From: Verrucomicrobiota bacterium
GTDB taxonomy: Bacteria; Verrucomicrobiota; Verrucomicrobiia; Limisphaerales; AAA164-E04
Length of the DNA stretch: 64,000 nt
Assembly (NCBI GenBank): GCA_047947115.1
Contig: CP170459.1
Location: 2,080,001-2,144,000, forward strand
Reading direction: 5' to 3'
Shown in pieces: positions 39,501 to 45,000 of this stretch; positions within the stretch are counted from its first letter, which is position 1, and every line of letters starts with the position of its first letter. The translations under genes were made by a program, and so were the position numbers. The notes below the pieces were generated by a model. The model saw only the letters and a program-made list of their open reading frames with translations. It was not told the DNA's origin and did no database searches.

Positions 39501-41961
39501 GAGCGATTCGATCCTGATGCGTGCCACGGGTGAGATTGATGCTTTGGACGGTATTGAAGTGGCTCATCTGGAAGGTGGTCCCAATCGGTCTAATACCTTT
39601 GATCTCACGGGATGGAGCGGTTCCGGAAGCGTGCATGGTATGGATGACACCGATCCATCCAGTCTGCCACCTGCCTATCCCGACCGCTTGATCATGAGCG
39701 CCGATGCTGATTTTGTGCTGACCGATACGGACCTGACCATCACCGATGGCAGTGGATCGCGGGTGATTGAATTGACGGATATCGGAACCGTGACGCTCAT
39801 TGGCGGTCCCAGCGGCAACGTTATGGATGCTTCGGCTTTCACTGGGAATGTGACCCTCATGGGTGCCGGGGGCGATGATGTGTTGATCGGCGGTGAAGGG
39901 GCCGATGTTCTTCAGGGGGATGAAGGTAATGATACCTTGTCTGGTGGTCGTGGTTCAGATCGGCTTGATGGCGGTGAAGGTCAGGATGCCGTTGTGGAAG
40001 ATCTGGGCGGTCTGCCAGGTGAATACCGGGTGTCGCTTTCGGATCAGTTGCTGGGGGTTGACGAGACAAGTTCGGTGACACTTCCTGATTTGCCCTTGAG
40101 CGAGTCAGATCTCATGACCTCTGTTGAGAGTGTGGAAATCACCGGAAGCCCGCAATCGGATCAATTTGATATTACGGAATGGACCTTGGGTGAACTTACA
40201 TTGGATGGCGCCGGTGGAAATGACACGATATTGGCTAACGGTTATGATCGAGTATTTGACGATGAGAGTGGAGAAGTAATTGAAGCTGGTGACGACATGA
40301 TAGTGTTGACCGATACCGAATTGACGCGGACAGCGCGATCCGGTGTGTCGATGACCTCCATGGAATCGGCAATCCTGTTTGGCTTGGGTGGTGAAGATGT
40401 GTTTGACGCTTCGGGGTTCACCGGGCGTGTGTTGTTGGTGGGGGGATCGGAATCCGATCAGTTTATTCCCGGTCAAGGTGTTTCCATCCTCGCTGGCGAT
40501 GATCCGACCGATGCCGATGTGCGTTCGGGGGATGACCGATTTGTGTTCCTGGAGGATGGCACTGGTGATTCGGTCGTGGTTCAGGGTGGCGATGGGGAAG
40601 ATACGCTGGATTTTTCCGCATTCACCAGCGGCGTCTCTGTTGACCTTTCAATGTTGGGCGTCCTTCAGGTGGTCTTGGCCGGTGAGATGAGCCTGCGGAT
40701 ACAGTTGGATGATTTGGAGACCGTGATCGGCGGTTCGGGAAATGATGTCCTGATCGGAAATGACAGGGTTAATCGATTCACCGGCGGGGCCGGAGATGAT
40801 TTGATCAATGGTGCGGGCAATGTGGATTACATCATCGAAGAGGCCGATACGGATTTTGTGCTTACCGATGCGAGTCTGCAGATCGGTGGAGATACTGATG
40901 TTCTGCTGAATATCGAATTTGCAGAACTGAGAGGGGGCGCAGGGGCAAATGTCATCGATGCCTCTGCCTTCACCGGTAATACGGAACTAAGTGGCGAAGG
41001 CGGTTCCGATATCCTGTTGGGCGGAAGTGGAGCGGATCTCATGGAAGGCGGGGCCGGAGATGATACCCTGATGGGCGGAAACGGTGGAGATTTCTATGTG
41101 TTCGATGTGGATGAAGTCCTTGGAAGCGATACAGTGAATGACGCTGGCGCGACCGGAACCGATTGGTTTGATTTCCGTGACACCGAGGAAGAGTCAATAA
41201 ACCTGAATCTGGAGGTGGGCACACACGTGGTGCACGCTTCTCACCTCACTTTGACCCTCCAGGCTGGTACAGTGATTGAAGCTGTGTTTGACGGGAAGCA
41301 GGATGATGTGTTGATTGGTAATGGAGCGGACAATATCTTTGGCGTAGGAGAAGGTAACAATCTGATAGACGGTGCCGGAGGCACTTCCAATCAAGTGGTC
41401 GTCTTGCGTGATGTTGACCAAACCCTGCAGGATGACAGTCTTGAGATCGGGGATGCCATAAATGTCCTGAGTGGTATCCAGACGGCATTGTTGGCGGGTG
41501 GCGCATCCGCAAATGTCTTGAATGCTTCCGGTTTTACTTTGGGGCCGGTCAGTTTGTATGGATTGGGTGGAACGGATGTGCTGTGGGGAGGTTCCGGAAA
41601 CGACGAACTATATGGAGGGCCAGGGAATGACCTTTTGATGGGCGAGGCGGGGGATGATTTGTTGGTGGGTGGTCTAGGAGACGACGTGCTGGATGGCGGT
41701 GGTTATGATCCATCGGGCGTTGGGACAGACGATGACACGCTTCGCGGAGAACAGGGGAACGATACTTATTTCTTTGATGCTTCACTTCAATTGGGAACCG
41801 ATACAGTTTTCGAACTGCCTGGTCAGGGATATGCCGATCTTTTATACGGAGCCGGGTTGAGTGGCGTGGACCTGGATCTCTTTGATCATACCCCTCAAAC
41901 CATGAGTGATCACCTCACGCTGATACTTGTGATTCCCGGCACGGTGGAGGATGCTTATTAA
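18580..41961 (+). CDS. Giant (about 7,790 aa) LEPR-XLL extracellular Ca-binding protein / putative adhesin
   Basis: Uninterrupted 23.4-kb ORF with N-terminal LEALEPRVLLSGD, BNR/Asp-box blades (SxDGGxTW), many GGxGxD RTX nonapeptides, Calx-beta repeats (e.g. GTLEFAPGETS) and SdrD-B-like modules (e.g. GAVWYDNNKN). Very D/E-rich. Start uncertain (TTG 18580, TTG 18601 or GTG 18619). Confidence 0.9.
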   Translation: MVRFCKSLANQLSVTRSSYSLEALEPRVLLSGDGLSVLSESHASSGVEEDLFCASESCELIQNETQDEVTEWLIDGDLDALDSLFNQEGTSQEDCIFAEESDAAGEAAVSGPLEDASDGETEEQGDAPTSDISNFIPASDILSETSLLVTDQPGDFDLFCYCSRLVETLNVGNAPPAGETCLPGESARHDLPYHVASQTVDQVSGLFVSLTPEQAESVLDLSMSPQGYVAQVVDAYGKLVAEPTELSVDATVVITGSDDLDDTLTIRLPEVHADGWLAIAFEGGDAGFDSLVLEGPDGVLVQYVAAGPDSGSIQGEGWEIHYTGLEPITDNSDVADRLFTATGSDDIIRLKDADEPGFMTIESDNGSFESISFPNPTSSLTIDAGGGNDQIIIESLDPAFVAGASGSADPELHLQGGAGTDTVFVSYPADLILTDASLDGGSDFNLIFDDVPDQVVVSGGAIDASAFSGVAVVVPGVPDWQDEGPGLIHSDLTKDAPFPESGAVEAIAVHPGNDQILFAASVNGGVWRTENGGQTWTAMTDELPSLSFTSIAIHSHDADGNLVDASTPVGKLIVFAGTGQRSANHEGGLAIGLLRSQDGGDTWELVGVPDMTGLPLSAIVAKRISGQDIVLVAAEGKTVRESSKVEMLGSPDLTFSDQGASSDTITRSAGSWIDDGFASGHEIEVDGTTRNDATYKIASVTATVMTLEADSILVDEASVSGVKVITSLKVKLLKEGGVFRSVDGGDTFTQIQPIDPAAQFFPLDERHFPTGSVTDLAIDPGAEERIYAGVRGGGVYRSDDAGATWTAVNTGLTLATDDWDNDGNGYVDDADETAVGVQRILLAVQADDASATNEVYAALVGGNDHFIGIFKSDDQGANWSLLGEAPGRPEFELSFPVTSNAGLIDFLDNNPAQDTVVRSTGSWIRDGFQAGDYIEITGSAASDGVHLVASVSHDTLTMDAGVALDTEVYLRSIKGAPELTFADANPDTITRSVGSWVEDGIVKGHEIKISDTTGNNGTYTVTGVTPLVLTLSGSDSLTAETIQTAVEIKASATEYDGPGTLQPQIHRGSQGELHFSVTADADGNIYLGGDRPAHIFRWDQTTSQWDHITKQNATGTRSHADSRVLILDGAGQLLDGDDGGVYRLLNPGDNATVTMTGSPRVTFVDANPDQVQRSAGSWITDGFVAGQRIGVTGSFSLYGNDGVYTIASVTASTLTLVASDQLQSEGPRSGVTVVSYPALAGNPNLTFADASPDTITRSAGSWVSDGFAVGHHIEVSGSSSNDGIYTISELTATLLKVTAADSLAAEGPVNGIHVWQNREWKSLNASLGATEILSMSYDPVSNVFFAGTQDNGVIEQPFPADGVDNDGDGIVDEPDERFRWSVVLDGRGLPPGDGNITAVALLDLDDDGQIDEVRRYTMSNNLVSFTQRLFDENGALIPGTNQLVGLASPVSQTVNFTVNIGSDQLTINDHGLVTGDGPFKVDVSGGGSLPAELSTDALYWAIRVSDNAIQLAANQQDALDGSQINLTTDGSGTRQLTKPFLSFGNAAIDDPTDQITIPNHGLATGAGPFRLVTSRGSDFGSGLYPYIDYYVIRVDNDTIQLARSKALANAGTDYSIKDNGSGAFQLVSRLSGLNGNDAAKYTSGFRELAYAVNQVDDTRMLLGLNSVYASVNIGSDATPYYDGLGTVQRLFTHPSSGQFTSLVYGGSKNGVENPDVVYASSWSRIYIQVANAMTGNPNLVFADNGASEDTITRSSGDWEADGFAPGQVITISGSSNNDHSYTVQAVTPTVLTVTSGDSLTAEGPVNQVAVSRFSRETTPGSETINGLVLDPDDYDIAYAISDANVYQRTGPGKWEIISTELSSLSLKSIEFAQVGGTDILLVGGVNGLFRAIDPQPGVTWTEVGRGLPNTLLRDTDYISRDPADAPNPHNLSREDILLVATQGRGAWLTLSPDVYLDEMTEIHIVGDGGNDEIKIERRASNASLLDIYVNSNSPVYTLPASAVSKITVEGNDGNDTLTLDSTHGPLSFPGDASDPSNPEGIFFNGGGGTNQLVLEGGKSHSLTQASDAGVTTLTIQDIRANQQAMFAFENATLDNNLVPASDLEIFYHVMTEIFFGYSHWMGSNDSLSGDGMMDELALIGYSLPRVLNGSQTNDLDPVGDPVEEATEMVQSGSVRSTSGLERLIESGENGFSLSEIGDTILTLDALRARLDDLDDVAGNVVLDEITDRDGDSLADAILTIQIQRTLNGQAALELQTEYGVGEIDISGDMHVSVDVVLDLVVGIETTDGVFIETLGGASGLSVSGLELEGSLEGTGRLGFLEVYLEESRLVVDPALTFGITLLDPSGGDEIRFDELMALLSDPSSLSDLAEFAITGSASDDLEFSAVVHAAAILPGLDDPFDLGDAEMTATWSEITDIDSVAISFSVGAGEDLIGFLEVTAQRVVEALETVQNTLEQFSVDIPEIDQTLDDLLRFVDGFEDTILSPLREPVHGSVSTATIQDMIRSWNRGLNEELETVGLHFDADELELTYDFEYSHFFGRDGDALDLSFDLGGAGSSLGMDAEVSVEGTVGLQTTLGLDLGALIGGGDFDDIFFLQDTLFEGELNLSFTELDTDLTAGSQTFNLEDGELVLGVSLTIDPSGADDNADNKLSLTELTSASLEDLVDLDATGTLDATLPFNADLSLDLLNGAGLATEGDYVITLHTDDLFGSDPMDVTVSLDGSVTVLGQTLEGLFTFQSTTMEGESVTILSGDPFTLTLFEGAGGGTALVSAMGSGHFVVTDDGVAGEAEAALVVGVAGFANLTGDFEVRVNTTESDFDATFTVGGDSVTLDLPEGPYLRVAGEDVSVDLSIGSFTQTVSGDFAFEQTGDGDNRQVVLGLNNVSMTMEAGALTLEANDGSGAFLLQSAGVAGEATIGEVILNGVPGVTLNVVDLAIRVNNTGMDINDGEAEPGPLTIEVGGETLSFEFSGAYEQDYLSVSGGAEMVLADFITLYGNFTIERSELDTNADTIVEDVIKVGVESLNFTLSAGSFEVLSFSDGTGAFVFTDEGVAGTADMQFELGIIGLSGDIDMELNTLSRAIEASVPVASGAVAFNFTDTEFLRVCVTNAFLNLGSTSIPIPGDLLVDVDTGSGSVDVVDKTSGTVLVSVASDGTISTGLSFDDFAISGPFEFISLLRQLLIWFNEMSESEAFNVEIPFTDNTLGEALDWTQLFLDEIYSNMISVELQSGEDIDGMIADEGDGIVDLVDVNFMLQVDDETPVEVTVNGSFSSIENASDPFDASTLVGLFNNAFLAAGAGLSSQVVARKHEETEPGVDRFVIALLPEAIAKLSSLKLVELDEDMEGLGFGPSDGNYGDEDGSEANPYTTEQTAIETHRYTTEQFFVALGDLLGIPVTYNPAQLVYTYTVDKEATYETTVPFNFSGDLGDLGGVAVEGLVRIEATVGFEFTLGFDLGADEVPRILTSTFVPTPANGRISEDANFDIFFNDDLAAVSFSGANALTAASTADNTSINDLADDLNDLFATVDYNGSPVSDWLVAQKAGNGLAISVRQEHLGVINRLSTRSNIDDTFATEMGFGIEVLDLDGNEVTENDRYFVSTSQSGMKGLFLDDVSLSASLAAYTETDTGTYPDANPDGLTGSLQFGFVELSTSEGAFGTLEYDGTTPTEIGIDLGLENSGSGESRFYLADLFQSLTSTSFGDMVNGPDFSGSFLARLQGLSVNGFDIGDLAGSDPEISVWIPDINDLEYNEDPYDGTNTGVFVTYPNLGHLQNFQNFSFAQLINALRVLVDNLSELSAFGFLDKKIPVIDASVNDLLDYAAKFAELVEEAANQPAGSLQAAITELESQIESLFNLDPSILTVSIDTNGITPDQLVLSGGDGSNPAGTTLDPEGDNNGLVIESASNGTGDNGISIRLVGDSSVSGNDANVEWDSVQRVLTLGIRGGETTAATLRDAINALSGTPFFASLPGGEDGSGTLRTTALKFGFDFTAAYGNLLPLQLDLNALVNQLAGDSGAAAFLDAATTLIQVEGSGSLEVSASASLILDFGIDVTNPTSPEVFFYDTTGISLLAKVLGRDISIETSLGSVIGIYIEDGEVTIDQDGDPDTDAGDDDRGVEFGLTLNDTNGDSRIYFSENWFTTDIIDISLNGGLSVSLPIFAPVEGLPLGGTGDQNEDGHPDNELYIEISDFAGLFSGEDVVTIIAPDLNNLIQNVDFCAVLENAGLLINGLDQLLGSIEEGLQDLVASNSLPMLGDGFSDAANFISSFRNGLLASIQAELDAAGGSAVTVVENALKQAFWETLGPEGLDLLVDPDSGEALDPSLGYHQLAVMLDCEAGLVVDLRLRKTVALVDTSENPIDFDIGVPGFGLEVNGNVSVAIGFDLKFGFGLNKEDGFYFDSSAGADDPELRVFFEASIPGLSATGSLAFLQLDVGDDPDDPSSFVGQFVVDLKDPNHDGKLTFAEMSSSGVQFSDIFDPGLEAVADVNLDLSASFGGNAAFPRVVAEFHLDWLWDLEEGMQSPEIVLSDIALDLGTFISDFLEPILNEIRKVTEPLDPIIEIATARLPVLSDLAGQTVTLLDLAELYGVLEPSTVRFIETALKVVDIINNLPTGNGSVLIPFGSFRLGEDENGNRNQIQTLDALGSTDFAGMVNNAAATDTSATYMNQVSGFASDVDSLDNFSIPIFKNPAELFNLFIGEPVRLIEWRMPTFEFNFTYTQKIAIYPPLYAHFGGSIGATIDIGFGYDTFGIQKYIAAEDKNVLDLFDGFYVLDFDENGNEQPELELRGEIFAGASIDLLVAEAGVTGGIYALIQFDLNDVNDDGKVRISEIVANAQIDPRCIFDIHGEMGLFLEAFLSVDLFFFSIDKTWRFAEITLFEFDITCPEPVLASKDGSGVLTLHMGSDAEDREEIDTSDSAETFIVTHLDGDELSETVEVQWGNYKQTYEEVTKILVVNAGAGNDLIDLRGVLVPAEVHGGVGNDTIYLSDGMGAVVYGDEGNDTIVASSAASATGVTLYGGDGNDVFTPGTVSITIYGDGGADIIPGSPEGDFLYGGAGEDTILGAGGDDYLEGGDGKDTLEGSAGSDLLYGGLGTDVLRGGRDDDLLDGGEDEDVLYGGSGNDLLIGGEDADKAYGHGGIDLLIGDNVATIFGAAPSRDTLPLLADIPTSGLQVTGLTGLGNDFLIGGGNVDVLFGGDGDDFLYGGNMFANGETEIIEEDHNDFFDGGAGDDVIFGDDAMGRTGDRDTGIEIRGAVWYDNNKNDVWDDEEVGFGSITVELRKQSDDSLIATEVSGSDGSFVFKGLDPNNYYLVASKPADLDYLVSDPAHDGEASYVDSDFIDAAGRTATFALDYDEVETSIAIGYVGDPLLSIGDISVEEGDSGVINATFTITLSGPQLYVATVDYETVDTTTTAKEADGDFEFTSGTLEFAPGETSLQVVVPVLGDLTYEDHEQFVLQLSNPSAGIVLPAVPSATATIVNNDPIPQISISDFNPIPIDYEDADETRPIYDEDQDAEFIISLSNPSHNTIEVSWTTDVAITSRGLAVNDAATPFGLPDGDFIPASGTVIFEPGETRQTITVEVLDDDGYDTDGDPATVVLDEAAETFHVNLSNAKFAFISDDRGVGIIEDDDDPVSVSIAPNSPYDPDGAGPMTPLPFETHVVEGNSGSQYVEFEVTLSERSSLPVTVQYSTSPGTAVGSVYSKQSKAIKDLPDYEPTPQEDKTDHELELLFAPGEVSKTFTVEVYGDNRIESDEDFFVNLLSAHNADIATDPTTENNHVTVVIENDDSMVSVDYGPYSIWFSDQMYVVDEPDAGSEDAEITVIRADGSSYAIAVLTAFDISATSGADYDPVFRTLLVFEPGENSKTVLIPVHADDLSEGDEEVLLLLQDPTGDVVNGEPYASTLVIRDGDTPQLSIEPPVFASLPWGIDIPGIKENGVPPHEFTVKLSADAPPGGVTVYYETVAISAREGTDFIADSGWIVIPEGQDEFPLEVVIVDDAIAEPNERFAVRLSQASGADLAVEDSVAVAIIFDDDGIEVSGVVFYDANANGFQDYNERGINDVDVTISWYEDGAEQTATVQTQTVGGVQGVFTRDVFLGQVAIAVDGTSVTSPYKGFGILGSGSYETTTDNESQAVEFLGAEGISPFEPVGYDTSSRFDTPVETDDVGRGGTDDTIFGGPGDDTIDAGAGDDHVVGGHWMTATDGNAAVNLGDYDADLLVVTDPAGDPDTLHNVYDEGPIFEIDLGSLPAGGSISGQIWEDVNDSDTQDGADNLFAEEVIVHLFDDLGNAVNSMVTTDGEYTFDYLALKEGGDPSGYIVAFELPQGWTFVVPEIGGDDTADSDVLAGNRTLVVDISEGLPDVANVDAGVKPSDAIPASNSGGFEFGEVAYTVGQEEGFVTIEVVRGNSTKQAAVIYRTHDGSAEAGTHYDSVTGILVFEVGETYRSFDVPVHDTGLGISETVEFALTLHEPTGRPLDETLVYIYGDGQGTLTDDDTIQGGDDWDIILGDSGAIPAEVVMADPASLLTIITRGGPGKDNIDGGNGPDYIDSQLDDDLVAGSEGQDVVYAGLGDDEVWAELDDDDLNGQHGEDTIVSVRDVVRIELSPDFLVHYGNSEGTGPALSTFTLNDSFEIARLSAGATDNVFVFTDWEGSVFVDASGGEDSLHVTFDSDMTLTDVVLAYPWNAIFNQMHGFFKDGAISLPDDQTYHLGSVENVKLTGGASANHLDASGYSRKAILEGAGGDDVLEGGSNDDVFVFDADDPLGVDTVMGNGGTDWLDFSSTSASVTVDLSVLLVDQSVNGNLNLILDDEIEAVIGGENDDELIGNFLDNILLGGPGDDILAGGLGDETYAFDTDEAWGNETIIENAGEGHDVIDFSDTSTLNVVFDLSNTAAQAVNANLTLSVQDSGGGVGEIEGIIGGDLDDVLSGNNEDNTLVGGPGVDTLNGAGGDDVLDGGTGNDVLSGGEGTDTIHESEDTHFYLSDSILMRATGEIDALDGIEVAHLEGGPNRSNTFDLTGWSGSGSVHGMDDTDPSSLPPAYPDRLIMSADADFVLTDTDLTITDGSGSRVIELTDIGTVTLIGGPSGNVMDASAFTGNVTLMGAGGDDVLIGGEGADVLQGDEGNDTLSGGRGSDRLDGGEGQDAVVEDLGGLPGEYRVSLSDQLLGVDETSSVTLPDLPLSESDLMTSVESVEITGSPQSDQFDITEWTLGELTLDGAGGNDTILANGYDRVFDDESGEVIEAGDDMIVLTDTELTRTARSGVSMTSMESAILFGLGGEDVFDASGFTGRVLLVGGSESDQFIPGQGVSILAGDDPTDADVRSGDDRFVFLEDGTGDSVVVQGGDGEDTLDFSAFTSGVSVDLSMLGVLQVVLAGEMSLRIQLDDLETVIGGSGNDVLIGNDRVNRFTGGAGDDLINGAGNVDYIIEEADTDFVLTDASLQIGGDTDVLLNIEFAELRGGAGANVIDASAFTGNTELSGEGGSDILLGGSGADLMEGGAGDDTLMGGNGGDFYVFDVDEVLGSDTVNDAGATGTDWFDFRDTEEESINLNLEVGTHVVHASHLTLTLQAGTVIEAVFDGKQDDVLIGNGADNIFGVGEGNNLIDGAGGTSNQVVVLRDVDQTLQDDSLEIGDAINVLSGIQTALLAGGASANVLNASGFTLGPVSLYGLGGTDVLWGGSGNDELYGGPGNDLLMGEAGDDLLVGGLGDDVLDGGGYDPSGVGTDDDTLRGEQGNDTYFFDASLQLGTDTVFELPGQGYADLLYGAGLSGVDLDLFDHTPQTMSDHLTLILVIPGTVEDAY
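20512..23997 (+). repeat. Six dispersed copies of a ~75-aa 'TFxDxxxDTITRSxGSWxxDGF' module within the giant protein
   Basis: Copies start near 20512, 21290, 21500, 22042, 22294 and 23776. DNA at 22480-22509 and 23968-23997 matches at 27 of 30 positions. Confidence 0.85.
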
Positions 41962-42064
41962 TGAAGAGGAAAGATAACAACGATCAATCAAGGTTTGCCG
42001 TCTTTCAAACAACAGAAACATCGGTTCTGAGGCGATATTCGCATCGAACTCGGAGGATCGAATT

Positions 42065-45000
42065 ATGATGCTATTTGGAAAAAAACCGGAGTGGTTTCCT
42101 GTCTGCTCAGGGGTTGCTCGACTCATTCTTTCAACATTGTTATGCGCCTTGGTGGTGTGCGTCGCCAAGGCTCAGACCGCAGCGCCGCCAGTTTCCATCG
42201 TGGATGGTTTTGCAGCCAAAGACAACAGCACCGTTTTGGATGAAGATGGGGAACTGCCCGCCTATATTATTTTACGCAACAACCGCTCTCAAACAACAGC
42301 ACCGATGGATTTGAGCGGTTATGCGTTGACCAGTGACAGCACGGGAAATGCTGTCTGGATCATTCCTCCACGCACTCTGATCGCGCCCCAGTCGGAATTG
42401 ATCGTATTTGCTTCCGGCAAGAATCGTCCATCCAGCAATCCTGAATTGAGAAATCACACCGATTTCATATTCTCCTGTGAAATTCCCTACGTTGCGCTAT
42501 TGGGCCCCAAGCGGGAGGTTGTTTCCACATTCCGTAAACTAGATCCCAATTGCAGCGGAAATGATGATGATTGCCGGGGGACGCCTCTGTTCCACGATAA
42601 AACCATCGGTCGCTACTTTGTGCCCAGTACCGACAAAATGACCGGTATCTGGATGGAACCTGACTTTGATGTCTCAAACTGGAAGCGTGGTCCACTTGGT
42701 CTGGGTTACGAAGTGCTGGAATCCAAGGGAGAACTGGACATGATCCTTTACGCGACCATGGATCGCACGGATCTGGATTTGGTGGCGAACATCGTCAAGG
42801 ATGTCAGCGGGTCGCCCGTCGTGCATGATGGCCTGGCATCACAAAAAATCGCCATGACAACCGGGCAGATTCAACAAGGGATCAACATGGCGCAAGGTCA
42901 GGCCATTCGTTTTCGTCACCATGACGAACTGGATCCCGTAACCAGCGATTTCACAGTGTCCATCTGGTGTCGCACTTTAGGGCAGGGAGATGAAGTGATC
43001 ATTGCCAAAGGTGGATTGAACAACGAAACCACGGGTTGGGCGATTTTCAATCGTAAGGATGCCACCATCGTGCGATTGAACTATGGAAAGGCGGGCATCG
43101 TGGATTTGACGCTGCCACGACTGGAGGTGGAGCGTTGGACACATCTTGCGTTTGTTATTGATCGGACTCAGAAAGCAGCTTTCGCGTACGTCAATGGAGT
43201 CGTGGCCGCGAATGCCGGTATACCGGCTGATGCCTTGCTCGCGCCTCGAACGGATATGTGGATTGGGGCACGTCCCGACGGGAATCCTCTTTTCACCGGC
43301 ACGGTTGATGAAACCGTCATTTGGCGGCGTGCACTTTCCAAGGGAGAGATTCGCACGGTCGCCGCACTGGGAGCGAGTGGAAAACGACTGGATACGGCCG
43401 TTTCGACTGGCACGCCGATTTATGTGGATCTCATTTCAACTGATGTGGAAACGGATATGTATGGAAAGGGTTCCAGTTTGTATGTGCGCATTCCGTTTTT
43501 GGTGAACGACCCGAACCTTGTGAGTGGATTGAACCTTTCCATGCATTACGATGATGGTTTTGTCTGCTATCTGAACGGCGTGGAAGTAGCCCGGAAAAAC
43601 GCCCCGTCCACTACCTTCCCAGGGTACGATGCCACGGCTTCGAGCGATCGAGCGGATACGTTGGCTTTGACGGCGGAATCGATCAATCTGGCCAATGCCA
43701 TCCGTTATCTGATTCCCGGGGAAAACCTCTTGGCGATTCATGGGTTGAATGTTTCGAAGGATGCGGGTCGTTTTGTGATCAAGCCACAACTTTGCCTGGA
43801 AGAAAGCGAACCTCAAGATTGCGAGAAGACCACCAACGGGCGTGACTTCTGGTTGACCTTTCCCGGCAACGCTCCTGAAGACACAGGCAATCCGCTTCAG
43901 ATCAGTTTGTGTGTGGCAGGCCTTGCGGGAACCACCGGACGTGTTGACGTCCCGGGTCTCGGTTTTTCGAAGAATTTTACGATACCGGCAAACGGTCCCA
44001 CACCTGCCACGGGTAGCCTGATGTTGCCTTTGCCCCGGGAGGTTTCTCTGGAGGTCTCAGGAAAAATTGAATCCAAGGGAGTGAGGGTGCGTGCACAGTC
44101 GGATGTGAGTGTTTACGGCACGACACGTATCGATTATTCCACCGATTCCTTCCTTGGTTTGCCGGTCGATTGCCTTGGTAGAAATTATGTGACCATGGGC
44201 TATAAAAATGTATGGGAAGATATTCCTGTGCTGAACGGATCGCAGATTGGTCTGGTGGCGCCCTACAACGGGACCAAGGTGCTGATTGATGTCGGGACAA
44301 GCGCTTCCGGCGGCGTTCCGGTCGAGGTGACATTGAATGAAGGGGAGACGTACCTGTTGCGCGATACCGGCAACAGTCCGGCTGACTTGAGTGGTTCCCG
44401 CATTTTATCCAATTTACCGGTCGGTGTGTTTGCTGGTCATCGTTGTGCGAATATCAATGGCAAGGATTTGTTCTTCTGCGATACGGTGCTTGAGCAACTG
44501 CTGCCCATCTCCGGTTGGGGAACACGTTACTGGAATGCCCCGCTCAGTACCCGCAACCATCTGCTTGGCGATGGCAAGGGTGACACGCTTCGAGTGACTG
44601 CTTCCGAAGATAACACGGCGGTGACCATCACCGATGATCAGGGAGCGAATGTTTTGGTCCTGAACGCCAATCAGATCCATGAACAATCGGTCATTGGACC
44701 CAGCTATGTTATCTCCGAGAAACCTGTTTTGACGGCGGTTTATGCGAATAGTTCCGATTTTGATCTCGTAACCGATTCAGATCCGTTCATGGTGATGTTG
44801 CAGCCTGAAATTCATTGGCTGGATCGCTACATTATTTGCACACCTCCCTCCAGTGATTTTGAACAGAGCTACGTCAATATCATTGCGCGGAATATCACAG
44901 AAGCATCCACCATTCGGCTTAACGGCGCCCCAATCGCGGGATTTCTGCCTCTTGGCGCCAGTGGCTATTTTTATGCGCAGGTCGATTTGGATCCGGCTTT

